25,775 nt of DNA, taken from assembly GCA_020722705.1 (NCBI GenBank), contig DYKI01000026.1, positions 9,220 through 34,994 on the forward strand, given 5' to 3'. The DNA is from Chthonomonas calidirosea (GTDB lineage Bacteria > Armatimonadota > Chthonomonadetes > Chthonomonadales > CAJBBX01). This document shows positions 16,035 through 24,772 of the stretch, piece after piece. Under the pieces are notes generated by a model. The model was not told the origin of the DNA. It did not search any database and saw only the letters and a list, made by a program, of their open reading frames with translations. Positions within the stretch are counted from its first letter, which is position 1. The number at the start of each line of letters is the position of its first letter. A program made the position numbers and the translations under genes.

Positions 16035-17012
16035 CTACAGCCGGACGCTCTGCCCTATGCCCATGGCTATGGCGCGACTGACAGCGGCCGATGCCGCCGC
16101 GAGGTCCTGCACAGCGACTCCGACGGACTTGTACAGGGTGATCTGATCGCTGGAAGTCCTTCCGGGTTTGCGTCCGAGCAGTATCTCGCCGACCTCGGCC
16201 CGGATATGTTCCGGACCGCATAGGCCCTGAGCCATCGGAATGAGCAGGTCGCCGGGCTCGGAAAGGGCTCCGTCGCGGAAATCCACAACCACATGGGCAC
16301 GTGCGACCGTCGCGGCAGGCAGTTCCTGAACGTGGGGCTTGTAGGAGCCGATGGCATTGATGTGCATGCCGGGGTGTACATCGGCGTCGCTGAACACCGG
16401 CGTGTGCGAAACCGTTGCCGTGCATACGATATCGGCGCCGTCCAATGCGGTGGACGGGGTGCGGGCCGCTGTTACGGCGATGCCCAGTTTCTCCGTCATC
16501 TCCCGTGCGAAGCGCTCCGCGGCTGCGGCTTCGGGATCATAGACGCTCGCTGACGCAATGGGCCGCACGCAGCAGATGGCCTCCAGTTGCGTCCGCGCCT
16601 GATGTCCGGCACCGAATATCGCCGCATGGCGCGCATCGGGCCGGGCAAGAGCATCGGTGGCCACTCCCGAACCGGCCCCCGTTCGGATCGCCGTGAGCGT
16701 TGCGCCATCCATCATCGCCAGCGGCGAACCGTTCGTTGCATCGAAGAGCAGGACGACGGCCTGGATGCGTGGCAATCCTCGATCCGGGTTGCAATCATAC
16801 AGAGTGATGACCTTGATGGCCATGCGCTCCTCGGCAGGCACGTAGGACGGCATAACGAGAGCGACGCCGGCATGCTCGGGCGCGTCCACGTGCGCTCGTT
16901 CCGGAACGGTGCACTCCCCCGCCGACAGACGTGCCAGGGCCGTGCGCATCGCCTCGATGGCGTCGCGCATGGGCAGCGCGCGCCGCACATCATCGCCGGA
17001 GAGGATCACCAT
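16035..17012 (-). CDS. Ornithine cyclodeaminase / mu-crystallin family protein.
   Basis: Family-typical layout: N-terminal ...LSGDDVRRALPMRDAIEAMRTA..., Rossmann AIFGAGHQARTQLEA, ...INAIGSYKP... Confidence 0.8.
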   Translation of the reverse strand: MVILSGDDVRRALPMRDAIEAMRTALARLSAGECTVPERAHVDAPEHAGVALVMPSYVPAEERMAIKVITLYDCNPDRGLPRIQAVVLLFDATNGSPLAMMDGATLTAIRTGAGSGVATDALARPDARHAAIFGAGHQARTQLEAICCVRPIASASVYDPEAAAAERFAREMTEKLGIAVTAARTPSTALDGADIVCTATVSHTPVFSDADVHPGMHINAIGSYKPHVQELPAATVARAHVVVDFRDGALSEPGDLLIPMAQGLCGPEHIRAEVGEILLGRKPGRTSSDQITLYKSVGVAVQDLAAASAAVSRAIAMGIGQSVRL

Positions 17013-17043
17013 GCCATTTATCCCATTGGCCCCATCGGTCCCA

Positions 17044-18381
17044 TCACCGCCTTGCCCTCATCGCCAGCGCGGAAGGCGCAACGGCAATGCCGCCCCGCGA
17101 GGTGACCCGCAACTCCTCGGGCATCATCTTGCCCACGGCCAGCACGGCGTCAATGGTCTCGTCGAGGGGTATGGGATTCCGGTAGCCGCCAAGAACCAGA
17201 TCGGCCACAACGAACGCCGATGAGGCTCCAACCGCATTCCGGGTATGGCACGGGATCTCGACCACCCCCTGAACGAGGTCACAAACCGACCCCATCGTAT
17301 TCTGCAACGACACGGCTGCAGCGTCGCACGCCTGGGACGCCGTGCCATGGGCGAACTCGACCACCGCCGCCGCAGCCATTGCCGTTGCCGCCCCGATCTC
17401 CACCTGACAGCCGGCTACCTCGGCCGCGAACGTGGCACGTTCGGCGATGAACGCGCCGATCAGGCCCGCCGCGAACATGCATCGGACGATGTCGGCATCG
17501 GAAGCGCCCATCTCCTCGGACAGCGTCACCAGGACTCCAGGCAGCGCTCCTGCCGATCCTGCGGTCGGGGCCGCACAAACCATGCCCATGCCGCAGTTGG
17601 TGTGCATGGCCGCCATCGCGCGGGCTGCGGCGCGGGTATGCAGGCCGCCGATGGCCACGCGTCCGGCGGCCTCCGCCTCATAGACGGAACCGGCGGACCG
17701 ATCAAGGAGGATCATGGGATCGCCTGCGGATCGCAGTCCCTCCTGGACTGCATTGCGCATGACCAGGCAGCGCTTCAGCATTTCGGCTTGTACGACCGAC
17801 GCATCCAGTCTCAGGAGCGCAGTCTCGTACATCAGACCCACCTCGCCTGCGCCGATCCGCGTTCGGCCCATCCATGCGGTCATCTCGGCGGCGGAGCAGA
17901 ATGGCGGATCGCCGTGCTTCGGCAGCGGCTCCGGCCCGCGCACGTGAACAGGCTCGCCATCCAGCGAAGTGATCTCGAACATGCCGCCGCCGACGGATCG
18001 AGCCATGATCTCGAGCTGCCGACCGGACGCCCCGATCAGGTTGAGACGGACGGCGTTGGGGTGATCATCGTCCTGCAGCTCTGCAGTACCGAAGGTAATG
18101 TCCAGGCCGCAGCCCGGGGCAAGGTCCAGGGCGCTGCGAAAGCGGGGGTCTGTCATCTCCCATCCGAGCAGCCCCGACGCGAAACCGAGATCGGAGCCCT
18201 GCCGGTGATAGCAGACGGCATAGGAACTGCCCTCACGGAAGGTGACCACAGCCGATCGCACCTGTTCGCCCAACGACGCGCGTGCGAACGCTCCGATGGC
18301 GTACGATGCGGCCGTATGAGAGCTTGACGGCCCGCGCATGATGGGGCCGAGGACATCGGTCAGGATGCTGATGCGCTTCAA
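17044..18381 (-). CDS. sdaA: L-serine ammonia-lyase (Fe-S L-serine dehydratase), single-chain beta-alpha fused form. Apparent TTG start.
   Basis: N-terminal ISILTDVLGPIMRGPSSSHTAAS matches the SdaA N-terminus ([21 protein letters not shown]). About 445 aa, the size of fused SdaA. Cys residues present for the 4Fe-4S cluster. Confidence 0.8.
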   Translation of the reverse strand: MKRISILTDVLGPIMRGPSSSHTAASYAIGAFARASLGEQVRSAVVTFREGSSYAVCYHRQGSDLGFASGLLGWEMTDPRFRSALDLAPGCGLDITFGTAELQDDDHPNAVRLNLIGASGRQLEIMARSVGGGMFEITSLDGEPVHVRGPEPLPKHGDPPFCSAAEMTAWMGRTRIGAGEVGLMYETALLRLDASVVQAEMLKRCLVMRNAVQEGLRSAGDPMILLDRSAGSVYEAEAAGRVAIGGLHTRAAARAMAAMHTNCGMGMVCAAPTAGSAGALPGVLVTLSEEMGASDADIVRCMFAAGLIGAFIAERATFAAEVAGCQVEIGAATAMAAAAVVEFAHGTASQACDAAAVSLQNTMGSVCDLVQGVVEIPCHTRNAVGASSAFVVADLVLGGYRNPIPLDETIDAVLAVGKMMPEELRVTSRGGIAVAPSALAMRARR

Positions 18382-18388
18382 GTCAAGC

Positions 18389-20212
18389 TCAATCCGACTG
18401 CACCACCGACACGACGGACCGTGCCGGAACCACGACGTTCATCGCGCCATCGGCGCCCACTTGCGACGTTGACGAGCGCCGCTGAGTCTGCGCGGTGCTG
18501 ACCTCGACGTGCGCCGGCTTGCCCGCCCTGAGGCCCCGAACCATGGCCTTGCCAGGTCCGGCAGGGTTGACGATCAATACAGCCGCTTGACCCGGCTTCG
18601 GGCCGATCGTGGCCAGCGCGCGGATGTCTTCATGGTCCGTGGAAACACCGATGACGGTCGAGCCGCGTGCGAACACGCGCTCCATCTGGGCCATCACATG
18701 GAATACGGGGTAGGGTGTCTTCCCGTCGGGACTGACCAGCGGATAGTTGTTCTGGTAGGTCCAGTAGTCCATGATGGTCGCGCCTGTCAGCCGGATGGTG
18801 CGTTCGTAAGCGAGCGCTGTGCGCAGGGCGTTTTCCCATGATTCCCAGGGGGACGGCAGCCGCCAGAGCTGGGCATCGTGGCCGGCTTCGAGACACCAGA
18901 CAGGCTTGCCGAACTCCCGGCCCAACTCCGCGATGGCGGCGTATTGCTTCTCCGGCACCCATAGGGCGTCCCAACAATGGAAGGCGACGGGTCCAAGATA
19001 GGGCGAAAGGGTCTTGTCCGTCAGCAGCGGACGGCAGTAGCCCACGGTTGCCATGCCATTGGCGGTGTCGCCCACGAGGAACTTCGTCTTCAGCCCGAGA
19101 TCGCGAAACCGCGGTCCGGCTCGACGGATGAACTCGGCGATCTGGGCCGAGCTGAACCTGAAGTTCACGCCGATGTCGGCCTCGTTGAACGAGAAGTGCT
19201 CGACGGTCACGCCGTACGTGTCCCGCGCGGTCACGAGGTACTTCGCTATGGCCTCAATGCAGATGTCGTACTTGTCGGCGGGGAGTGTGCGGCCCATCTG
19301 CTCGCGCTGCCCTCCGAGCATCCACTCAGGCCCTTCCCATACCGATCCGACGATGGGGATGCGACGCTTGCTGAGCTCCTGCATGAGCAGGAAGCCGGCA
19401 TGCGCCTGTGCTTCATCCTTGTAGATGCCGGGCTCGGGCGTCCACCAGTTCAGAGGTATGCCGACGCGCGCATGGGCCACGTTCAAATGCTCAAGGTTCC
19501 ATTGGCCGACGGCGTCCATGGGCTCCGTCTGGCCGTACCTCGGCTGACAGAAGTTGCCGCCGAGGCCGACCATGGTTTGCGCCTTGCGCGTCGGCATGAG
19601 CCGGATGGCCACCGTGCCGATCGGGCTTTGGGCAGAGGCCATGGCTATCACCTCGTCCAGCGTGCGCGACTTCCCGTAGTTCCGCACGTCGAGGCCGCCG
19701 ATCTCGACCGTCTGCGGCCCGAAAGCAAAGCGCAGCGAGACCATGGCCTCGCCCGGCGCATAGCTCTCGGCGGCGCGGAAGGGGACATGAACCGTGCGCC
19801 ATTTGCCCGCTTGGTTCGGTGCCGATGCCCCCAGCGAGGCGGACTTCGTCCACGGGCTCGCCGCACGCTCGAAGAGGAACATGACCTGGGCCGGATCCTT
19901 GCCGGATGCCATGCGGCCTCTGATGGAGAACGATGCGAGCATTACGTCGCCACGTTGGACGGCAGCCACGTTTGGGATCGTCAACTGCGTCACGTTGGTG
20001 TCCGGCGCGTCGCGACCGATGACCACCCTCAGCGCCTTCGTGAACGGCATTCCGCTGACGTCAATGATCTCCGATCGAGACGCCGTGCGTTCGAGGCCGC
20101 CGACGGGCTTGGTGAACAGGGCATCGCCGGCAATGACCGGGGTGCCGTCAGGCTGTGGCGAGGCCAGGATCATCGCGGCGGCACATGCCGCCAGAGCAGC
20201 CAACCGGCCCAT
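18389..20212 (-). CDS. Secreted clan GH-A glycoside hydrolase (GH30/GH39/GH79-like TIM barrel with beta-sandwich). ATG at 20212 with an AAGGAG upstream.
   Basis: Signal peptide MGRLAALAACAAAMILASP. Candidate acid/base FNEADIG (NE motif) and nucleophile WCLEAGH. Exact family not determinable by eye. Confidence 0.55.
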   Translation of the reverse strand: MGRLAALAACAAAMILASPQPDGTPVIAGDALFTKPVGGLERTASRSEIIDVSGMPFTKALRVVIGRDAPDTNVTQLTIPNVAAVQRGDVMLASFSIRGRMASGKDPAQVMFLFERAASPWTKSASLGASAPNQAGKWRTVHVPFRAAESYAPGEAMVSLRFAFGPQTVEIGGLDVRNYGKSRTLDEVIAMASAQSPIGTVAIRLMPTRKAQTMVGLGGNFCQPRYGQTEPMDAVGQWNLEHLNVAHARVGIPLNWWTPEPGIYKDEAQAHAGFLLMQELSKRRIPIVGSVWEGPEWMLGGQREQMGRTLPADKYDICIEAIAKYLVTARDTYGVTVEHFSFNEADIGVNFRFSSAQIAEFIRRAGPRFRDLGLKTKFLVGDTANGMATVGYCRPLLTDKTLSPYLGPVAFHCWDALWVPEKQYAAIAELGREFGKPVWCLEAGHDAQLWRLPSPWESWENALRTALAYERTIRLTGATIMDYWTYQNNYPLVSPDGKTPYPVFHVMAQMERVFARGSTVIGVSTDHEDIRALATIGPKPGQAAVLIVNPAGPGKAMVRGLRAGKPAHVEVSTAQTQRRSSTSQVGADGAMNVVVPARSVVSVVQSD

Positions 20213-20291
20213 GTTCGCTGTCGCTCCTTTCGGGTACGAAGTACGGGGACGACGGGTCCCGACCCGGCGCAATGGGACGCGCCGGCGGGCA

Positions 20292-23132
20292 TCAGGGTAC
20301 CTCGACTTCGTAGGTCATTCTGGCTTTGCCCCCGGCATCCACAGACAGCGGGATGACGAGCGCGCCGTCCTTCACCGTGGCCGGCACCCGGGCGAGGCGT
20401 TTGCCGCTCATGCTCAGCGCCCATACCTGCGCTTTGTCGGCGCCCTGCATGCGGATGGTCACCGTGGCCGAGCCGTTCAGCACCAGATGCGGCAGGCCTC
20501 CCCATGCGAGGAGCAGACGGCGATCCATGTCGCCATAGCGGATGCCGGAGTTCTGCAGGTCGGTCAGATGGGTGATCAGCAGACGTTTGCTGGACGGGAT
20601 GGGGTCGGCGTCGAGGCTCGATACCCACACCGTGGCGTCGGTCTTTTCGATCGTGACCGCAACGGCGTCGGTCGTGATCGTCGAACCTTCGGGCGCATAG
20701 CCTCCCGCCGTCCGCGGTGTGTTGATGGTCAGCGTGTCGGCAGGCGCATCCACGGTTAGCTGCCCGTTCTCGCTCTGGAAACGCGGACCTTCAAACGAAG
20801 TCGGGTTGGAGGGCTTGATCCATCCGCGCCTGCGCATCTCCGTCACGAGCTTGTCGCCCGCGTCCGGTGCGAACGGGTCGGCGAGACGCCCTTGTGTCCG
20901 CGCAGGGTCGGCCCATCCCAGCGGGAGCGTGATCGTGGCATTGCTCGGAGCCGCGGCTTTGGGCAGGTAGCCGACCTTCGAGACCCAGGCGAGGCCGTTC
21001 CATCCAGTGACCGCGCTCCTGGAGGACTCGGGCTTCTGAAGCACGTCGGCCGGGGCAGCCTCGATGGCGATGGTGTTGCGCGCCGATGCGAGATCGCCGC
21101 GGAGGAACATGCAGAGCGAGGCACGCTCGGCAGCCAGGTTGAGCGGGTCGGTGACGATGTCAAAGTAGCCCATGGTGGCCGGAGTGAATAGCGCGTCGCG
21201 ATTGTGCCCCCAGGCGAAGCGCCAGATCACGCCCCAGTCCTGAATGGCGCCCAGGGCGCCGGTCAGTATGCCGCCCACGCCTCGGAAACGGCCCGGCCCT
21301 GAGTAGTTGTATTCGCTGACCGTGAACGGGCGGTCCAGGAGCCGCAGCGAGGCGCAGTTTCGTCCGCCGGGCGCGCCGGCGGCCACGGGGCTGGTGTTGG
21401 GGCAGCGCGATGGGAGCTGCCATGGCCGCTCGACGAACTCGGGATGATCCACATAGAAATGGTCATCCACGTAGTCATAGCCCGCCCTGACGGCCTGCAT
21501 CTGCACCGGATTGGTCCATGCGTTCTGGTTGGAGAGCAGCGCCGCGCAGTGGATCTCTTTGAGGAAAGCGGCCACCCGTTGCTGCAGTTGGGCCTGGTTC
21601 TCCGCGAGGAACACGTCGAAGGTGACCCGCGCGCGTGCGTTCGTCGGTGGGAATGGGGCCGCCGGATCGCTCTGCCCGCCCAGGGCTTCTGCCCTTGCCG
21701 CAGGCGACGGATACTTCCGATCCAGCCATGCTTGCCACGCCCGTATCCAGTCGGCCTTGCACCGATCCGGCAGGCGGCCAATGAAGTTGCCCGGGTTGCC
21801 CTCGTTGATGAGGTTCAGCCACGCCAGAGCGGGGTCCTCTCCCCATCGGGTGTGGGTGTAGGGGTTCAGGTGGGTCAGGAGGGCGGTTGTGAACGCCCGG
21901 TAGTTCGCAAAAGCCCGTTCGTTGACCGGCACCGCCATCTTATATTCGTCCATGCCCACATCGCCGCTCTCGCCCGGCCATACCTCGGCGGCAAAGACCG
22001 GACGCGAGACGAAGAGGTCGGTGGTCATGTAGATGCCGCGCTTCTTCAGGGCAGCGAACAGGTAGTCGAGTTGGTCGAGCTTCTGATGGTTGAGCGTCAC
22101 GCTGTTGCCGCCCGAGCGGTCAATAAGCTCGCCTTCGTAGTGGTGGAAGCGCACGGCGTTGTAGCCCATGCGACGCAGACGGTCGGCCAGTCGATCGGAT
22201 TGCTCGTGGGTCAGGTACTGGGCGCTAAAGCACAGGTTGACGCCGTAGAAACGAACTGGTTTGTTGGGCTCGCGCTCGAACACAAAGTGGGGCCCGGATG
22301 CCTTGACGCGGCCCAGCTTGCCGGCAGGCTCATGCCAGGGCACGAGGCTGCTGAAGTCGAGCGCCGACCCGGGTTCGATGTTGGTCTCAACGTCGAGCGG
22401 AATCCAGTCGGGACCCGCTGTGAGCGTGATGGGACGGTCCTGTTCCACTTTGACACCTCCGGACGAAGTGAGCGTGAACGCCAGATCCAGCGACCGACCG
22501 GCGGGCCATGGCTCCGCGCCGTTCATCTGTGGGCCGATGCGGATGGTGAACGACGGTCCCCACTGTCGGTCATCCTGCAGCAGCGCCGGTGTTGGTGTAT
22601 CGAAGCGGAGTGTCAGCTCCAATCCTGACGGCGACCTGAGCGTCAGCTCCGATGTGGGCTGTGAGCGGAGATGGACGGCTCCAAACTGCGACGGGAAAAC
22701 GCCGTTCTCTCCATCGGCCGTATAGGAACCGCCGGCGAGGTTTGCCGCGGGCACCGACATGGCAACGTGCAGGCTGTTGAGCCGGATCGCCGAGCGCGGC
22801 GTGAGGCGATATTCGAACCTCGCTCGGACGCCGTCCTGCTTCACGCGCGTCTCGCAGTCAACGACGGTTCCTCCGGGAGCGCGGATCGTGCCGCGCAGGA
22901 CGTCGGACCCATCGTCGGAGCCGGTCCCACCCATCGTGGCGCCCTGCCACTCGACCTCGAATAGGCCGGGGGCCATGCTCGCGAAGCTCCGGCGACCGAG
23001 GCGCACATCCACGGAGCCCGATGCCGATACGCGGAGCGTGCATTGTTTCGCTTTGGCAGTCTGTCCCCAGGCGCTCACAGCGGCAACGGGGACGAGCCCG
23101 CCCAATAGGAAGCCGACCATGGCCTTCATCAT
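20292..23132 (-). CDS. Large secreted glycoside hydrolase (946 aa): clan GH-A TIM-barrel core (GH5/GH42-like) flanked by N- and C-terminal beta-sandwich domains.
   Basis: Signal peptide MMKAMVGFLLGGLVPVAAVSAWG. VRFYGVNLCF...RRMGYNAVRFHH (R..G.N.VR TIM-barrel start). Candidate acid/base LINEGN and nucleophile TVSEYN. GGGAGG Shine-Dalgarno upstream. Confidence 0.55.
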   Translation of the reverse strand: MMKAMVGFLLGGLVPVAAVSAWGQTAKAKQCTLRVSASGSVDVRLGRRSFASMAPGLFEVEWQGATMGGTGSDDGSDVLRGTIRAPGGTVVDCETRVKQDGVRARFEYRLTPRSAIRLNSLHVAMSVPAANLAGGSYTADGENGVFPSQFGAVHLRSQPTSELTLRSPSGLELTLRFDTPTPALLQDDRQWGPSFTIRIGPQMNGAEPWPAGRSLDLAFTLTSSGGVKVEQDRPITLTAGPDWIPLDVETNIEPGSALDFSSLVPWHEPAGKLGRVKASGPHFVFEREPNKPVRFYGVNLCFSAQYLTHEQSDRLADRLRRMGYNAVRFHHYEGELIDRSGGNSVTLNHQKLDQLDYLFAALKKRGIYMTTDLFVSRPVFAAEVWPGESGDVGMDEYKMAVPVNERAFANYRAFTTALLTHLNPYTHTRWGEDPALAWLNLINEGNPGNFIGRLPDRCKADWIRAWQAWLDRKYPSPAARAEALGGQSDPAAPFPPTNARARVTFDVFLAENQAQLQQRVAAFLKEIHCAALLSNQNAWTNPVQMQAVRAGYDYVDDHFYVDHPEFVERPWQLPSRCPNTSPVAAGAPGGRNCASLRLLDRPFTVSEYNYSGPGRFRGVGGILTGALGAIQDWGVIWRFAWGHNRDALFTPATMGYFDIVTDPLNLAAERASLCMFLRGDLASARNTIAIEAAPADVLQKPESSRSAVTGWNGLAWVSKVGYLPKAAAPSNATITLPLGWADPARTQGRLADPFAPDAGDKLVTEMRRRGWIKPSNPTSFEGPRFQSENGQLTVDAPADTLTINTPRTAGGYAPEGSTITTDAVAVTIEKTDATVWVSSLDADPIPSSKRLLITHLTDLQNSGIRYGDMDRRLLLAWGGLPHLVLNGSATVTIRMQGADKAQVWALSMSGKRLARVPATVKDGALVIPLSVDAGGKARMTYEVEVP

Positions 23133-23234
23133 GTTTCCTCCCTAAAGCGACGTCCGGCGCGATCAGGCGTTCGAAAGCGACTGTACCGCGGCATCACTTG
23201 CCGACGCCGGCGCGGCACCCTGAGTGTCCCCGTT

Positions 23235-24014
23235 CTACTCACTCTCGACGTTCTCCTCGTCATCGGGTGTCGGCGTGGGGCCAGGAGACCGTACGGGGAT
23301 TGGGCCTGCTGACTGCGTGCCGAGTATGACCGTGTTGCCGCCTGCCTGGACCGCGGCTCGCGCCACTTCCAGTTCGCGCAGGCGCAGCAAGGCGGGATGG
23401 GCCTCGATCAGGCGCGCGGTGTTGAGCAGCGAGCGCATCGCAGCCGCCTCCTCACGCGCGGAGTTCAGGGCAGCGTGGGCAAGGCGCTTCACCTCGACCT
23501 CCTTCATCAGCAGGTTGCGCACATGGGGCGAGAAAATCACATCCTTGACACCGACGGAGTGCAGTGTCAGACCGTACTTTGCGGCGGTCGGGGCGACGGT
23601 GCGTTGCAGTTCTTCTCCGAGACCGCCATGGTCGCCGAGAACCTGTTCGAGCGTGATGCCGGCCACGGCGTTGCGGGCCGCAAGCTGCACGTCGGCGTAA
23701 AGCTGATCCGCGTAGCTGTCCACGGTAAGGACTGCCGCCTGCGGGTCCGTTACCGAGTAGGATGCGATCAGGTTGAGGGTCACCGTCACGTTGTCCGATG
23801 TCAGCATCTTCTGGTTGGTCAGTTGAAGGTTGGTTCGGCGAATGTCCACAACGTGTATGGTGACTCCGGTGAAGGGCCAGATGCGGTATTTGCCCGGTTC
23901 AATGAGGCGGCTGAACACGCCGTTCCGGAACAGGATGCCGCGCTCGCCCTCGTAGACGATGACCTTCCCGATCCGTCGGACTCGGGGCCGGATGTCACAA
24001 AAGCCTGTACGCAT
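23235..24014 (-). CDS. SPFH / band-7 (stomatin/slipin-like) domain protein. ATG at 24014.
   Basis: GERGILFRNGVF...IEPGKYRIWPF..V..VDIR...Q.MLTSDNVTV...A....V.DP..A...V.D......L is the SPFH core. Coiled-coil tail and an acidic Pro-rich C-terminus. The track's extension to 24578 is unsupported. Confidence 0.75.
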   Translation of the reverse strand: MRTGFCDIRPRVRRIGKVIVYEGERGILFRNGVFSRLIEPGKYRIWPFTGVTIHVVDIRRTNLQLTNQKMLTSDNVTVTLNLIASYSVTDPQAAVLTVDSYADQLYADVQLAARNAVAGITLEQVLGDHGGLGEELQRTVAPTAAKYGLTLHSVGVKDVIFSPHVRNLLMKEVEVKRLAHAALNSAREEAAAMRSLLNTARLIEAHPALLRLRELEVARAAVQAGGNTVILGTQSAGPIPVRSPGPTPTPDDEENVESE

Positions 24015-24135
24015 CGAAGTCCCCTCTCGAAGAGATTTCCGGCCGGGCGGCGGTCGGCCTGCCGAGAGACGCGGGAAACGCACCAGAGGGCCGCTTCGCA
24101 TGGCGCCTCCGGCACCTTGCCGACCTCTCGCCCGG

Positions 24136-24160
24136 CACACAGCATCGGAGTCGAACCGAT
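24136..24160 (-). other. tRNA 3'-half-like fragment: T-arm ATCGG-TTCGACT-CCGAT plus a 7-nt acceptor 3' strand and discriminator, with no matching 5' acceptor strand, D-arm or anticodon arm nearby. Candidate integration-site (att) remnant.
   Basis: Seen directly on the minus strand: GATCGGTTCGACTCCGATGCTGTGTG. GGTTCGANTCC is the canonical T-loop. No sequence within about 110 nt upstream can pair as a 5' acceptor strand. Confidence 0.35.
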
Positions 24161-24389
24161 CAACCTCTGCCGGGACCAAACGCGGGACGCTCCCAGCGCC
24201 GCAGGTCTCCGACAGCAGAGTGTAGCACTCCGGCAAGAGGCAAGAGGCCAGAGACCAGAGACGACTCAGGCAGCCATGGGGCGGTACAATCAAGCTCTGG
24301 GCAGCGTTTGGACCGGACGACCGAACGTCTGTCTCGTCCCAATAGTGCCCATCCGGAAAGCTGCCTACGTGCCGATATGATTGGAGACA

Positions 24390-24423
24390 GTCCTTCAAGA
24401 GTTGTCCATCCCCTTTGAAGGAC
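24390..24423. promoter_or_regulatory. Perfect 9-bp inverted repeat GTCCTTCAA ... TTGAAGGAC (16-nt spacer), 20 nt upstream of the HTH ORF. Candidate operator, terminator or IS terminal structure.
   Basis: Seen directly. Lies in the AT-richer 24240-24480 segment. Confidence 0.3.
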
Positions 24424-24442
24424 GGGAAAGGCACAAGAGAGC

Positions 24443-24751
24443 TTGTCTGAAAACAACAACAATAGCGGCACTCGGTCGGATGCAGTTCCGACGACGGAGC
24501 TGCAGATCGAGAGGATCGGTCCGGACCCACACGTGGTTGCGGGCGTCTCGATCTATGGCACGCGCTACACGAGGGCATTCAAGCTCCAGGTGCTCAAGGA
24601 CGCGGACGCCTGCGCGGAACCCGGCGACATCGGCCGCATGCTGCGGCGGCATGGCGTCACCCACACGACGCTGACTTCGTTTCGTCGGCAGCGCGCATCG
24701 GGCGCTCTGTCGCCGGCTCGCACCGGCGGGCCTTTACGTCTCAATGCTTGA
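24443..24751 (+). CDS. Small HTH protein resembling an IS3-family transposase OrfA (HTH_Tnp_1-like), truncated with no OrfB. Probable IS remnant or domesticated regulator. TTG start.
   Basis: ...GTRYTRAFKLQVLKDADACAEPGDIGRMLRRHGVTHTTLTSFRRQ matches the OrfA pattern (Y..EFK...V......g.s...ia...Gv....l..WrkQ). No DDE-domain ORF follows. Confidence 0.45.
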   Translation: MSENNNNSGTRSDAVPTTELQIERIGPDPHVVAGVSIYGTRYTRAFKLQVLKDADACAEPGDIGRMLRRHGVTHTTLTSFRRQRASGALSPARTGGPLRLNA

Positions 24752-24772
24752 TTGTGGGAAGGAGCCGCAGGA

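Noticed and set aside
17245-18327. 360-aa plus-strand ORF
   Set aside because: Antisense to the L-serine dehydratase gene (GPSSSHT motif). No motifs.
18977-20759. Plus-strand ORFs 18977-20356 and 19794-20759
   Set aside because: Antisense to the GH30-like hydrolase. Arg-rich, no catalytic motifs.
21444-22628. 394-aa plus-strand ORF
   Set aside because: Antisense to the 946-aa glycoside hydrolase. No motifs.
23397-24380. 327-aa plus-strand ORF
   Set aside because: Antisense to the SPFH gene for most of its length. The remainder is the AT-richer intergenic region. No motifs.
24136-24520. tmRNA (ssrA) with its 3' tRNA-like end at 24136-24160
   Set aside because: The 3' strand ends GCTGTGT-G-CCG, not the ...CC-A-CCA expected to pair with a GGGG 5' end. 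No GGGG-start acceptor partner or tag-peptide reading frame ending in ...AA-stop was found in the upstream 350 nt.
24015-24578. N-terminal extension of the SPFH ORF to 24578 (447 aa in the track)
   Set aside because: The extension is Cys/Arg/Ser-rich nonsense spanning the tRNA-fragment and AT-rich region. The SPFH core begins at Met 24014, which has an upstream GAGGGG.
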